64,000 bases of DNA from Massalongia carnosa (lineage: Eukaryota). Numbering within the stretch: the stretch's first letter is position 1; every line of letters begins with the position of its first letter. A model generated the notes under the pieces. The model was not told the origin of the DNA, searched no databases, and saw only the letters and a list, made by a program, of their open reading frames with translations. Made by a program: the position numbers and the translations under genes. The stretch covers positions 1,612,001-1,676,000 of the forward strand of contig OZ287075.1 of NCBI GenBank assembly GCA_965645245.1, read 5' to 3'. This document shows positions 13,302 to 26,218 of this stretch, piece after piece.

Positions 13302-14898
13302 CCTCGTGCATATCGGGGCTCGGCGTAAAATGTGATCAGACTGTCGGTGAGGAGTATCCTGAAGCGCTTAGTGTGGGCATATTTTTGGAAACTAACTCCG
13401 GAGGGTTGAGGGGGAATATCTATTTAGGATGGAAAATAAAAAGGCCTCGAGGATACATCAGGAGTCTATCGTAGGACGAAGCAAGATTTCTCTGACAATG
13501 AACGAAACAAATTTTCTTGGAATTAGAAGCCCCGGCCAAATCAAGGTAGAGGATGCTCCATACAGCTCCAACTTTCATTATCCCCCCCCCACCCCAATCT
13601 CCTATATCGTTAAGTCGAGTCCAAGCTCTACTAATCAGAAAACAAACTATTACATCCCTTCTCCCCCTACACGCATCTTTTTATTCCCAAAACCCGGCGA
13701 GAAGGAATAGCAGTCCCAGCTATTACACCATTACGTGATCGTATTACGTTACCCCCCCCCCCTAAATTTGTCAGAAGCCTCACTTATCTGCAACTCGATA
13801 TCCGATATATATCATCAAATTCACAACCTCTAGTGTCACTATCAGCAGCACGGTTTCGAACCCCTATCCACCAACCATGCTAGCAGCGCTCCTTTCCCTC
13901 TCAGCGAGGCGAGAGCCCCCCTCCCCCTACCCCTCTTGGTTTACTCTCGTTTGTGGTGTTTGTGGTGGTATCATCACACAAGAAAAAGGAAGAAAGAAAG
14001 AAGAAGAAAGAAAAAATAGGTACACAAAAATTTGCAAGTCTTGCAATGCTGCAGTTAGTACGTACGTACGCAAAGAGAAAGAAATCAGCCTCTTTTTTAT
14101 GTATTTACCTAGGTATCCAACTAATTCATCCAACCTATTTTTACAAACAAACCATAACCCCCTCCCCTCTCCCATTCCCTTCTTTTACTTGCCCTAGTCT
14201 CTCTCTCTTTATTTATTTTAAGTTTTTTTTTAAAAAAAAAAGGGGAGGGGCGAAGGAAGGGGAGATATGGGATGTGGATATATATCATAGAAAAATTTAA
14301 AGACAAACATCCCCAAAACCCCGGTAGTACATCCCTATTCCTTACAGCCATATCTAGAACCCCCCCTAAAAAAACTGGATCAGGTTAGCTAGCTTCCTAG
14401 TCCGTTTACCTTGCTCACTTCAGACCTAGCTTGTCCAGAGGGGGGGTGGTGGGGGGGGTGGTAGTTCACATGGGAGGGGGAAATGGAAAAAGAGAAGGGA
14501 TGGTGGGAGGTGTGATGGGACGGCCGGGGGGAGGAAAGGGGGCGAGGGGCTGAATAAATAAGGATGGGGAAGAATTCGTTCGTTCTAGTTGGATCAATGC
14601 AGTAAGTACATGTCTTTGTAGCGCAAAAGAACAAGGGATTAGTCAGAGTGATTTGATGCTTATTACACAATTTTGGCTCGACTATTAAACTGACCCATTC
14701 ACCGGCTCCCCCCAGGTTTAAACCAAATACTTCAAAGAGGGAGAAGGAAGGGCCGTAAAACCCTTGCAACCCCCACCCCCTGACGGGTTCGACTGAATAA
14801 CAACGCTCGCTAGACCGAGTAGAAATGAATAAGGACGCACCCAACCACGCCGTCTTGCCGCTCCAAAGCTGTGACAACACCCCAAAAGGCTGCTATAC

Positions 14899-15721
14899 TC
14901 ACGCCAACAGCCAGGCTCCGGCGCCCACCAACATAAGTGCAGTGCCAGCAACCCCGCTCATCAAGGGCGCGGCATTCACAAAGGGGATGGGGCTGGCGGT
15001 CGACTTAGGTGTGGATTTGGACGTATTGCTGCCGCGGGCTCCCGTGCCGGTGGGCTTGCCGCCGGAAATGGTAGCAGTTGCCCTGGCCGTGGCACTTGTG
15101 ACGGTGGCCTTTGCAGAGGCGGTCGAAAGCCCCGTCGTTTCCCCATCCAATATACCTGTGGGCAAAACCTTGGCTAGGTCCGCGGAGCCGATGCTGACTA
15201 CGTGATCCGCCACGCTGACAATGTAATTGGCGACGCTGGTGGGGATGGCGCTGACCCAGGATGGGTAGGAGCTCTCGGTGATGAGAGAAATGATAAAGTC
15301 AGACGGGTCAGAGGAAATTTGATCTTGCACGTCGGAGGGTATGGCGGATTCGAGGGCATTAATCACGGAGGTGAACGAAGGGGTGTCGATCAACGAGGCG
15401 GCGTAGGAGATGACATCGGATTCGATTTGGGGGATGACCGACTCCACAGCGGGGATCAGGGAGGTGGGGATCGCAGCTTCGAGGTCGGCGAGATCGGAGC
15501 TGACGGCCGGGTCGGCGAGGACGCTCGATGCGAGGCCGTTTAACTCGTCGATGATTTTGTTGGTCTATTCCAAAAAGGGTAGGTTAGGGATGGAACCGAG
15601 ATGATGAGGGAGTCAAACGTACATCTACCCCATCCGTAGTCGCAGTTGGGGTTGGCGAGGGAGCTGCAGCTGAGGCATAGGTGGAGAAGAGGGCAAGGCC
15701 CAGGTAGAAGGTGGAGCGCAT
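14899..15721 (-). CDS. GPI-anchored Ser/Thr-rich cell-surface protein
   Basis: Signal peptide MRSTFYLGLALFSTYASAAA, one short intron, S/T-rich stalk, hydrophobic C-terminus NAAPLMSGVAGTALMLVGAGAWLLA. Confidence 0.8.
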
Positions 15722-16899
15722 CTTAGCAAGTGTTGGGGATTTGATCGGTGATACAGAGGACTTTGAGTAGATGAAATTTGGAGGATGGAAAAGAGAGGGG
15801 ACCCAGTCTATTTGATAACGAATGGATGCAAAGACACAGGGTTTAAGACAGCAGCGAGAGGCACAAGATGTGCAAGATGTGATATGTAGGAGGATGAAGA
15901 AGGGTGGGGAGAGTGAATGGTGAATATTATATGCTGTATGTTTACAGATAAGAAGGCGGGATTCCAAGGATACTTAACTGTCACGGCCAGCCTCTGGGAT
16001 CACTTCAGCTCCATGAATAGAGCTAATTAATCACTCCTAGGAAGTTCCCGACAGGGTTTCGGTCTTCACATCCCCCAAGCCCTAATGCTTATTTTCCATG
16101 TGGCTGAGTCGGCGGGAGCCAGTCCGAACACGCAAATAAATGAACAACATGGTTAGATGTGATGAATGCCATGGCTTATGGGTTTATGCGGCGCAATAGC
16201 ACGCCTTACGCTCAAGGACGCGAAGGACGCGTAGGACGAGAAGGACATATCATCTGATCAATCCACCCAATAGCGGAGAATCTCGCAACCGGCACCGGCT
16301 GTCTGGTTTAGGCAGCATCTATCTGCGTGTTGGGTCCATGCAACTTTCCGAGTGTTTCTCGTCATGTTCAGTGGGCAATGTGCAACTTTCCGAAGACAGA
16401 GGACTAGACGTGAAAACCACATGCGTGTGCAGCGCAGCGGTGAGTGGCATGGTGACGCCCCGGGGCATAGGGAATAGGCTGATGGCGAGACAAGTTTGCT
16501 CACTCAGCGGACTCCGTAACTCGATGTCTCCGTATCTGTGTCTCGGCGACTCATCACGCTACGCATACAGAGTACCAAATAGCTCAAGTGCGTGTTTATG
16601 GGTTAGGGGACGTACAGCCTGATTGGAGAAGGATTTGTCAGGAGAAGGAGGAGATGAAAGGCGTCCGGATGAGGTTGAAGATGATTAGTCCCTGGTATGG
16701 GACTGTTGTATTTGCAAGGTATCGAATTAGGTACGCTTAGCACAGTGACCACTGGAGTGCTAATCATAGGTTTCCCGAGCATAAGCGTTCAAAGGCGGAA
16801 TGTGGGGATAACGATTGGCTCGTTCTCAACGCCAAGATAAATCAAGCTTTAAACCTATGGGTTTGGCAATTGGCCTTAAGGGTTCAGGGTTCAGGGCTA

Positions 16900-16957
16900 G
16901 TACACAGTAACTTACACAGTACACAGTACACAGTACACAGTACACCGTACACAGTAT
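16900..16957. repeat. 7-bp minisatellite (GTACACA)n
   Basis: About 6-7 near-perfect copies visible. Confidence 0.8.
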
Positions 16958-18270
16958 AGTCGGCACTCGAAAGTCTGTACTTTGCACTCTGTACAGAGTA
17001 CTGATACAGTCCTAATCATCCTCCAATGAGGTTCTTTCTATCTTGTTCTGATGACTGATACCTAATGCGTAAAGCCTATTGCGGCAGTGGGATCACATTG
17101 AACCCTTTTTAAAACCAGGGAAGTAAGGGCTGGCCTAGGAAGTCCTAGTGAAGCTCATACATAGCCCATACCTCATGCTTACAGAGTAACAGCCTGTTTT
17201 CCCCCATTACACCCCAGACAGAACGCGTATGCCTTTGACGCCTCTCCCGCAAGGCGTGATGAACCTCATCGAAAGATTGGAGATTCGAACAAATACCTTT
17301 CTCATCGTCTGCCATGAGAGCCACTGGTTCTGCATGGGAAACACTAGTGGAGCAGGATGCCATAATGGTTATTGAAAACGTATGCCAATGCTCCGTACTG
17401 AGCTTGTGAGATCTAGGCATAGGCACTATGGTTTGGGCCATAGTCATGACATTCATGGAGGGCTATGTTGGGGCGTGGCCCCATTTTTTTAAAAACAAAA
17501 GCCAATCAGTTCGCGATGGTGACGAGTATTTGCCATTCGCCAACTCAGAGCCCCTGTCTTCTCCAACGTATTGTGCAGGTAAAGCTAAAAATCTTCACCA
17601 CGATTGAAAGACCAAAAATAATTGCGATCTTGCGAGGACTGCTCTGCACCTCAGGACTCTTCCGCATCTGAAAGAAATATTCAGCCTCGACACAATAAGC
17701 TATTTGCTGGATTCTTGATGTGTGTCGTAGCCCATGCTCGAAGTGCGTCACTCATGCCTCGAGACTGTTGGGGCCCATATGTGCTGGTAGCTGGTCCACA
17801 TAAGGTAAAAGACGAGAGAGAAGAAGGAGAAATGCCACAAATCTGCACCACTTTCGCTGGTTGATCCCATGAACTCTCGTTACAAGGAGTTTGCAGGAAT
17901 TTGCCTTATCACCTGGGAAAGAGAGAAAGGGGAGCCATCGCCAGATCTCGAGCTGACTCCCCTTCAGCGGTCTGCCTTCCGCTGACAACTGGAAGCCTTG
18001 ATTTTATGACGACAGATTGAAGACGTAGCGTCGCGAGCATCCTAATACTCTCGAAAGACCAACAACCTTACACCACAAGGTTCTAACGTTAACAGAACGC
18101 TGAGAGAGGTTCCTTTGAAGAGTACATGTCTCGGACTGCGTACGTTAGATCGAAGGGGCCTTGGTCAAGAGCTCGAACAATGAGGAATTCAATGCAAGCA
18201 CAAGCCTAGGTATGAAACCAAAAAGGAACACTCCCACCCTCAACAAATTTCGAAGGATGAGACGAGAGAT

Positions 18271-18654
18271 GATGATGATGATGATGTATTCATACTCCGA
18301 TATGTCACCGGCCTTAGGCCGGCCCATGCGGGCAAAGCTATCTAAGTTATGTTACATGGAAAACCTTTTTCAGGTGTAAAAACCATATCCCTTGATACCT
18401 GTCCGATGTGACACCGGGTCGACGTCGGACAGGAGACGCAGAGCGAAAATCATGTGAGAACTGTGACGCCTTGTGAGATAAGAAGGAAAAGAGAAGTGAA
18501 ACTACTGTTAATTGTACAGTAGTGTAGATGCCAGTGAGAATTGGGTCAGTAGACCTGTTTTCATTAGCCAAGTAGTTAATATCTTTAGAGTTTTTGATGT
18601 TTCGGTCAGCTGTTGATAGTTGTTCGTGCCAGCGGCGCAAAACATCTGTTCTCT
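18271..18654 (-). mobile_element. Heavily 5'-truncated Tad1-like LINE (ORF2 C-terminus, 3' UTR, (CAT)n tail)
   Basis: Minus strand encodes GTNNYQQLTETSKTLKILTTWLMKTGLLTQFSLASTLLYS*, followed by the shared GCCCGCATGGGCCGGCC..GGCCGG motif and CAT tail; 14-bp TSD ATGAGACGAGAGAT at 18257-18270 and 18655-18668. Confidence 0.92.
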
Positions 18655-19317
18655 ATGAGACGAGAGATATCAATGCCCGAATGAATATAAATCGTTACAA
18701 GAGGCGCTTCACAGCATGTCTTTTTCTGAGCAGCCCGTTCAAGCTCCCCCTCACCTTGACCTTCACACTGAGTCTTCCCTCAGAAAGACCGAAAAAGCCC
18801 CAACCCGTTCGCTTCTTCACATTCGCCCCCTTTGTTGATCACTTTCCAACCATCTCGCTTAACGAAGTCTCTTTCCTACCGTTTTTGTTTCACATTTCAG
18901 TTTTCCGCTCTCTCTCCCCATTTAGTTTCTACAACGACATAGAGGGAATGAATCACACTTTACCCTGCAAACCGCTATCCTTAATATGCTACTACCTACA
19001 GCGTTAACTAAACCTCTTCCATCTTACTTCCTGTTTGGCATTTTCTCCCTCCCCGTCTCAACTTATCTTACCAACCCTCCATTTCCCTCCCCCGTATTCC
19101 CGTCCGTTCCGATCCATCCTCCTCTCCGCTCCTCTTCTCATCCCCCCCATATCCACTACCCATCCACTACCCCACTCTGCATTCCTAACAAGATTCTTCC
19201 CTCCGAACCCCTTCCTCTATCTCTAACCCACCAATCCACCTACCCCATCTACTCTCCCATCGCCGAACCGACTAACCAACCGAGCAACTAAACCGCTCGC
19301 CGTCCCTCCCTCCCTGC

Positions 19318-19390
<73 letters not shown>
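19318..19390. repeat. (CAT)n microsatellite, about 24 units
   Basis: Pure trinucleotide run, not preceded by the LINE 3' motif. Confidence 0.95.
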
Positions 19391-22198
19391 GTATATCCCA
19401 GCGTCCGGAAACCCATCCAATCTTTATTTATTTATTTACTATACCAACCCCCCCTCCCCTTCTCCCTTTCTCCCTTACCATCCACTAGTTACTAGGCTAA
19501 GTCAATCTCTTCAAAGTACACCGCCCATAGGCTTTTTTTCTTCTCTTTTTTTTCTACCAGTGGTGGCGGTGGTATTTTGTATGTAGGTATTTATGTATCA
19601 CACCAACTACCGGTCCATCCATCCATCCATCCATTCATCCATTACCAAGTACCAAGTAGAAACAACCAATGAGCCAAATCTGTCTCTCTCTCTCACACAC
19701 ACTCACACACAACCTACCTATCACTATATACAACAGATTCCGATAGATCGTCTCCTATCTCTATATATATACACTTACGCACCCTCGCAATTTAAATACT
19801 TTTCTTCAAGAACGCGATGAGCTATGTTGCTCTATTCATCGGTTTCCCGCTCGTTTGGGGAGGGGGGTTTCCTTGGAGTTGTAGGAGTATGGAGATGTGG
19901 GGTATGGGTAGATACGCAGATGGATTCTCAGTCTCTTCTATCTCCCTCTTCCGTTGCTTTTTTCTTCTTCTTGAGTCTAAAGCAGAAGGAAACGAAGACA
20001 GTCTGACTGTCTTCTTCTTCTTCTCCTTTTTTCGGTTGTAAAACCCCTCTCACCCCCCTCCCCTCAAGTAAATTCAACTCACAAAAGAGAACGAACAAGT
20101 TACCTAGTTATCCATCTTCGTGTGTGGTGTCTGTTTCCCCCCGCCTTGACGATGATGTGAGAGAAAGGTAGAGTGATTTTCTTCTTTTAAATTTCTTCTT
20201 CATTCCCTTCCCGTTTTCCCAATTTTTTTTTCTTTCTTTCTCCCTACTCTATTCACAACAACCCATCAATTTAATCAGCCCATCATTCTCATCTCTCTCG
20301 CGCGCGCTCTTCTTTCTACTATTCATTCCCTCACTCTTTCCAAAAGCGAGAAAACCGCAAACTGAGCCCCTCGGTTCGCCAACTCCTTTAATCCTCTCTC
20401 TTTCCCGCCCCCATTTAAACAAGACACAAAAAGAGACAGAATGACAGAAGATAGAAAAGGATGAAACGGTCAACGAAGCAAGCCGAGAAGCGAATTTCAG
20501 AAGACAAAAGAAATGTGAACGAAGTGTTTGGGGGGGGCGGGGGAGGGGTTCGATCGATTGAGACGAGAAGAGAGTAAGAAGAAGCGTTTCTTTTCGTTTT
20601 CTCTCCCCCTCGTCATTCATCCATACTACTTACTCTACTCACACTGCTAAACCCACACGAAGCAAAACCTACATATTCTCCCTCGCGTGCCAAACCCTCA
20701 AATCCCCCAATCCAGCAGCTATGAATCATCGACCGAAAGGCATTTCCGTCTTAAACCACTATGTACGTATATTTGTAATCTTCCCTCCACGCCATTATCG
20801 AATTAGATAGAAAAGGGGGGGGGAGGGAACGAAATTGGGCTCAGGATGAGAGGATGGAATAGAGAGAGAGGTTGAGAAGAAGAAGAAAAAAAGGGGAGGG
20901 GGGAAGGGAAAGAAGAAAGGAGAGGAGAGGACAAGAGCGGAGAGCGAAGTAAAGAAAATAGACTGAGAGAAGATCGAGAGAAGAACAATAATAGAAAAAG
21001 GGTTGAGAATTAAGCCATTCATTCATATCTTCCTCACTGTAATCCAAGCACGCTTTCTTTTCAAATTCTTCTTTCCCCCCGACCCGACCCGACCCGTTCA
21101 TTCCCTTCCATTTTCCTCAACCCCCTCACTTCCGCCCCCCACAACCCAAAACAAAGAAGAAGATTACCCATCCATCCATCTCATTGAATCCCCCCGCTCG
21201 TTCATACGTACATACATACATGAGCAAGCGAGTAGCATCTGCAAACCGGATTGGGGAACGTATCTGGTTAAATGATTTGATAGAGAAGGATGTGATGAGA
21301 AGGGAAAATAAACAAGGGAAGGAAGTGAGTTGGTGCATGAGTGAGTGAGTGAGTAATGGGGATTGATGTGGGGGGGGGGGGGGAGATTAGGGGGAGGTTT
21401 AAGGAAAAAAGGGGGGGGAAAGGAAGGAAGACAGTAAAATGCGAGAAAGAGAAGACACGATCCGAAAAACTGTAAACCACGGCATGCAATGACATCTCTC
21501 TCACCCACTCACTCATTCGCTTTCCGTCATTTCGATCTTCTCTAGAATTACAGGTTCCGAAACCTGAACGAAATACACCACCTAACATTTATTTATCCAC
21601 AGGGATGAAGCCGCTACTCTTCCTCCCCCAGCCGCTCTAGCGTTCATCCATCCACCCCGTGCAGCAATGAAAAAAATGCGCACTTTATCCATCCCTAGCC
21701 CATCCCATCCAAGCCAGCCCTGCCAGCAATTCCTCTGGCGTTTCCCGGGGAATAATATTCCATTAATCTGTAGAATTAGAGAGTGAGCAAGAGAGAGGAT
21801 ACAAGAAACCAGCTTGGCTCAAAGCAAAGGCGCCGCGGTGGAGAGCATAAAATTTCATCAAAAGACTTGCATCCAGCTTATTGAGCCGACAAGGAGCGAA
21901 GACTTTTACATGGTGTTTCTTGATGACGGGGGATAGGTAAGTAGGTTCGCTGGGAGGGGATATAAAAACGAAACATAGACACATGGGTCCCGTGTGATCC
22001 CAACACGGATTTTATGCATGGCAAGATGCAACGAAGTGGCAGATCTCGAATAGGATGACAGCCAGCAGTGCGGGAATCCGTGTCAAACCGCAAATGCACA
22101 AGCGAACAAACGGTTGGGGAATAAACAGGTCGTGAGCGGTCATTGTACAGGAGGAGCGAGAGATGAGATGCGAGGAATCCGAGACTGAAGATACGCCA

Positions 22199-23420
22199 TC
22201 ATAGAAGGATTAGGTAGTTTGAAGGTGCAATGCCCGTTTCGCCTGTCTCCTTCTTCGCCTGCCACCACCGCCCGCTGACGTCCGACACCTCGAGGATCTC
22301 GTGCTTGGAGAAGCTAATCTCGTTCGCGTCATCCGGGTTCGCTTCGTACGAGTAGATGGCCTTGGCGCGGTATGGGTACTCGGTCGGAGACCCAACATCG
22401 TTTCGTGGGTCGAGATGGTCACCCAGGCCGCCCATCGGGGCCACCGTGGTAGGCGTTTGTAAGGGGGAATTGGACGCAACGGGTCCGCCGAAGCGAGGCT
22501 GGGATGCGTTACGGTCATTGGCACCTGCAAGCCCTCCGGGGTAGCCAGACACCGGCGACGACGTCTCAAAGCCGTTGAGTTGCGCGGACGTGTACATCTG
22601 CGGGGCGTTGTTTCCTGATATGGTTGTTTCGGGCCTGCCGTTGCCGTAATGAGGGCTTATTGGTCTGCTGTGACGCATTGATCCGCGCTGCTCTTTGTGC
22701 AGGGCAAATGAGTCTATGTAGCCGCGATGGGCGGCTTGAGGGGTTGATCCAAAGTAGAAGATCCACACAACCTATGGACTGGTCAGGCATCGCACTGCCA
22801 TCGAATAAGACCTGCACCTACCGATACCATGGAAAGTAGTATATACCCAGCCGCAGCGGCTTCTTTAGCGCCATCGGACTCATATACTAGTATGTTGGTA
22901 ATCGAACTTGTATAGGCAAGACCCACAGATAGGAAGCCAACAATCTGAAAACATCAGCATGCGAGAGAGAAACCGATAGGGGCCTTGCGTACAGCTACGT
23001 GATATGTCTGCGCTGAATCCGACGCCATAACTATCAACACTCCAACAATGCAGCAAAGCATGTACGCAACAGTCCACCACCCAAAGTTAGGGTAATCCGA
23101 CCGTATGTTTGAGATCAGTGATGCGATGAAAGTTATGAGCCAAGCTAGCTATAGCACGAATATCGTCAGCCATATAATTCTCCACTCCTGACCCATCCTG
23201 CGCCGGGGAGGGGGCGACGCACATATGCAATTGATATCGTCGCAAGCGCAAATGGATCTCCGATGATATGCCCTGATCGATTTTAGCGAGTGTTTTTTTT
23301 TTCCACCGTTCCATGCAGTTTACCAAAACTAAAACCGCGCCCGAGACCACGTTGATTGCTATCCATATGGCCGTTCATTTTTCGAAGTGATGGTGGGTTG
23401 AGACTGTCGTACGAGGGCAT
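22199..23420 (-). CDS. SHO1: High-osmolarity signalling membrane sensor Sho1 (4 TM + SH3)
   Basis: ATG at 23420; spliced exons [46 protein letters not shown] and SH3 domain [39 protein letters not shown]...[11 protein letters not shown]. Confidence 0.95.
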
Positions 23421-25505
23421 GTGAAGCTCACAAGGGGGAATTAAATCGCTGGAGAGGGTGAATTCGTTGTATTGCTGGTCATGAAGGGAATTGGTGAGTA
23501 AATTCGCTCAAGGTAGGATGAAAAGAGAAAAGGATTGTTGGGGTGCAGTCGAGATCCGAGGGGTAAGAGGAGGCGTGCCGTGTTCCTTGCGTAGGCCGTT
23601 GTGTGGAAACGAAGAAAAACGAATTTCGCACTGGCCCAGGAAGTGCGAGAGAATATGACGGCCGTTGGGTTGCTGTTGAGCAAGACAAGCTAAAGGTCAC
23701 GGAGATGGTCAAGAGGTGTATTTCTGGATGAGGTTTGAGGTTGAGGTTGGTCGAGAGGTTTGCGACGACCAAGTTTAGTTTCCAAGTTGAAAGAGGGAGT
23801 TCATTAAGTTTCAGGCTGAAGTTACGGAACACCAGTGACTAGGTTTGTTATGGCAGCCCTGTACGGATCGATACGGAAGAGGTAATCAGTACGGATACAG
23901 AATAGATACAAGGCTCATCGGTCTAAAGAGGTCTCATTTGATTTGCTGGGTGCCGGTAGAGTATTCTCTATACGGAGTACGTAACACTCCATACATGCCT
24001 CCTGCCGCCTATCTACCGCCTATCGATGGACTTTGTAGCTATTATTTACCATGTACGGGGTATCTGTATCATTTCGCACGCGCCCTTTCTCCCGTACATA
24101 CAACGATTTTATTTTTAATTACCGAATGGTAAATGCCCTATCAGACTCGCCCTGACGAGCCGCCCATCAAGATCAAGTCTCATCCATCGACAGAGCCTTT
24201 TCTATGGTCTGATTCCTAGGTAGTTCTAAATATTGCTTATTCGTTGTCACGATCGTATGATCTGCTTCGATTCAATGAAAGAATTATGGCTTCACGTATC
24301 GCAGATCTGAAGTGTTTAGTTCATCGAGCAGAATAAGACGAGGGAAGATATTACATCAAATGAACAGTCACAAATCACTCATAGAAAGATAGCTACAAGA
24401 AAAAAACTACTTTGATTTAGCCTTGTTAAACATACAGTTTATTGATGTTGTCGTTGTCGTTGTCGTTAATTTGTGTCAACAACGCCAACAATCATCCGGT
24501 CATCAGCGCAAAGCGTCGTTAATGTCAACATAGTCCCATAGGTCTCATTGTTGATGTTCATTATCCCATGCAGAGCTTCTTCAGTTTCCTTGTCAAAATC
24601 ACACTCATAGGCTGCTTGACAACAAAGTAACCAACTGACAGTTTCATCTCTCGACTTGAGCGATTAAAACATAAAATTAAGAAATGTAGTAGGCATATGA
24701 CAGGCTATTTTGAATCGGACTTCGCTCAAAATACTCTCTCGACCCCTTGAAGCGTACAAACTTACACTGAACGAGTAAATTCAACGCTTTCTCCGCGATT
24801 TGTGTTTCAGCATGAGACTGCTTGAGATGTAGCTGAAAAGTGCAGTCGGCATCCTACCGCTTTACCTTGACGGAACATAGGTCAGGTCATGGTGATCTTC
24901 GAGAAGATTCTCAAACCTATTGAAAACCCTCGGAAACTGTTGTTCACTACTACTCCATTCCGTCCTTTGATTTTTCGAATGTGGTTTCAGAATAGGGTTT
25001 CATTGAGAGTATTCAAGGCTTGCATCGACCGACTATGGTGTCTTTCTGAGTTTATAATGTGCCTTCCCTCGTGATTGAGCAGGCTTCAGGTCTACGAGAT
25101 CCAACGATCAGCTTGCCACCTTCTCCACTCTTATGATACAATGGAAAAGCTTGATAGTAAACGATCTTGCACTCGAGAGCAATGCAGTTAAATATCATTT
25201 CCTAAACAGTGCTCCTGATATTCTGAGCTCTTTTCACCGCTGAATATCAGAACTCGATACAGATAAGACTCGAGACGGACGAGCCTACACCATCGGTCCT
25301 CCTCCTTCTACACCATCGGTCCTCACCACGGAGACGCCAAAGGCCTCACCGTGGGGCGACCGTCAAACATAGATTTGCTCCTATCTCTTCGCATCAAAAC
25401 AATGCTAATTTAACGCGTTCACACGCGTCGCAGACGTACGTACGGAAGAGGATACGAAGGCCAACCGCCGGGGGGTAGAATGCGCGCGTCCCTGCACCAT
25501 GCTTC

Positions 25506-26218
25506 TAAGGGTTCAAGTCCCTTCATGCAGTCATCAGCTGGAAGAAGATGTGGACCAAAGGAGCCGCATCATCCCCCACCCGGGCACAGTCGACACGCGT
25601 TCTAGCTCCTGAGAGTTCAAGTCTCCCCATGCAGTCATCAGCTGGGATCAACAGAACGCGTAAAGGCACCGGGGCGAATGCTGTCACCTCAAGAAAACTC
25701 CATCTCGGAGCAGAATAACAATATCCCATTTAATAGGCCCGGCCTGTTAAATAAAATCGAGGAAAACAAAGTCACAAAACACATAGTCATCAATCACACG
25801 TTGTACAAAGCACACAGTCACAAAGCACACAGTCACAAACATACAGTCACAAACACACAGTCACAAAACACACAGTCACAAAAAACACAGTCACAAACCA
25901 ATAACACGTCCCTGTGAAGGGGGTTCTGCGGGGGCTCGTTAAGACAGATCTGCACCCCGTTAATATCGGAGTACATATTTTTAGAGGTTCAAGTCCTTTC
26001 TAGCAGTCATCAGCTGAAAATAATGTATTTTGACACGGGCATGGTGTGGATTTGACACGGGTAGACCTCGATGGATCACAAAACGAATGAAAAGAGTTCA
26101 GCGGAACTTCGTTAATATTGTTCTCGAAGACCTCGTTAATAAGATTTTCATAGACCTCGTTAACAACGTTCGGTCATACTCTTAAAGGTTCAAGTCCTTT
26201 CATGCAGTCATCGGCTGA
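25506..26218 (+). repeat. Four dispersed ~36-bp repeats with T-arm/B-box-like hairpin
   Basis: Copies at 25506, 25610, 25982 and 26183; consensus TARRGGTTCAAGTCCYTTCATGCAGTCATCAGCTG. Confidence 0.85.
25763..25897 (+). repeat. 13-14 bp minisatellite (ACACAGTCACAAA)n
   Basis: About 6 good copies plus 2 degenerate copies. Confidence 0.85.

Noticed and set aside
19223..19420. Poly-Asp ORF, or a LINE tail at the (CAT)24 run
   Set aside because: The ORF is a by-product of the microsatellite, and the conserved LINE 3' hairpin and a TSD are absent.
18700..21700. Many short ORFs and isolated splice-like signals (GTACGT at 20763, CTAAC...CAG at 21592-21602)
   Set aside because: Low-complexity purine/pyrimidine tracts. 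I could not assemble a coherent reading frame; RNA-seq would be needed.
24435..24637. Imperfect inverted GTTGTC/CAACAAC repeats resembling a MITE
   Set aside because: No convincing TIR pair or TSD.
25506..26218. tRNA genes or a CRISPR-like array
   Set aside because: No acceptor stem, D-arm or anticodon arm. Spacers are very unequal (about 70, 340 and 165 bp), the context is eukaryotic, and there are no cas genes.
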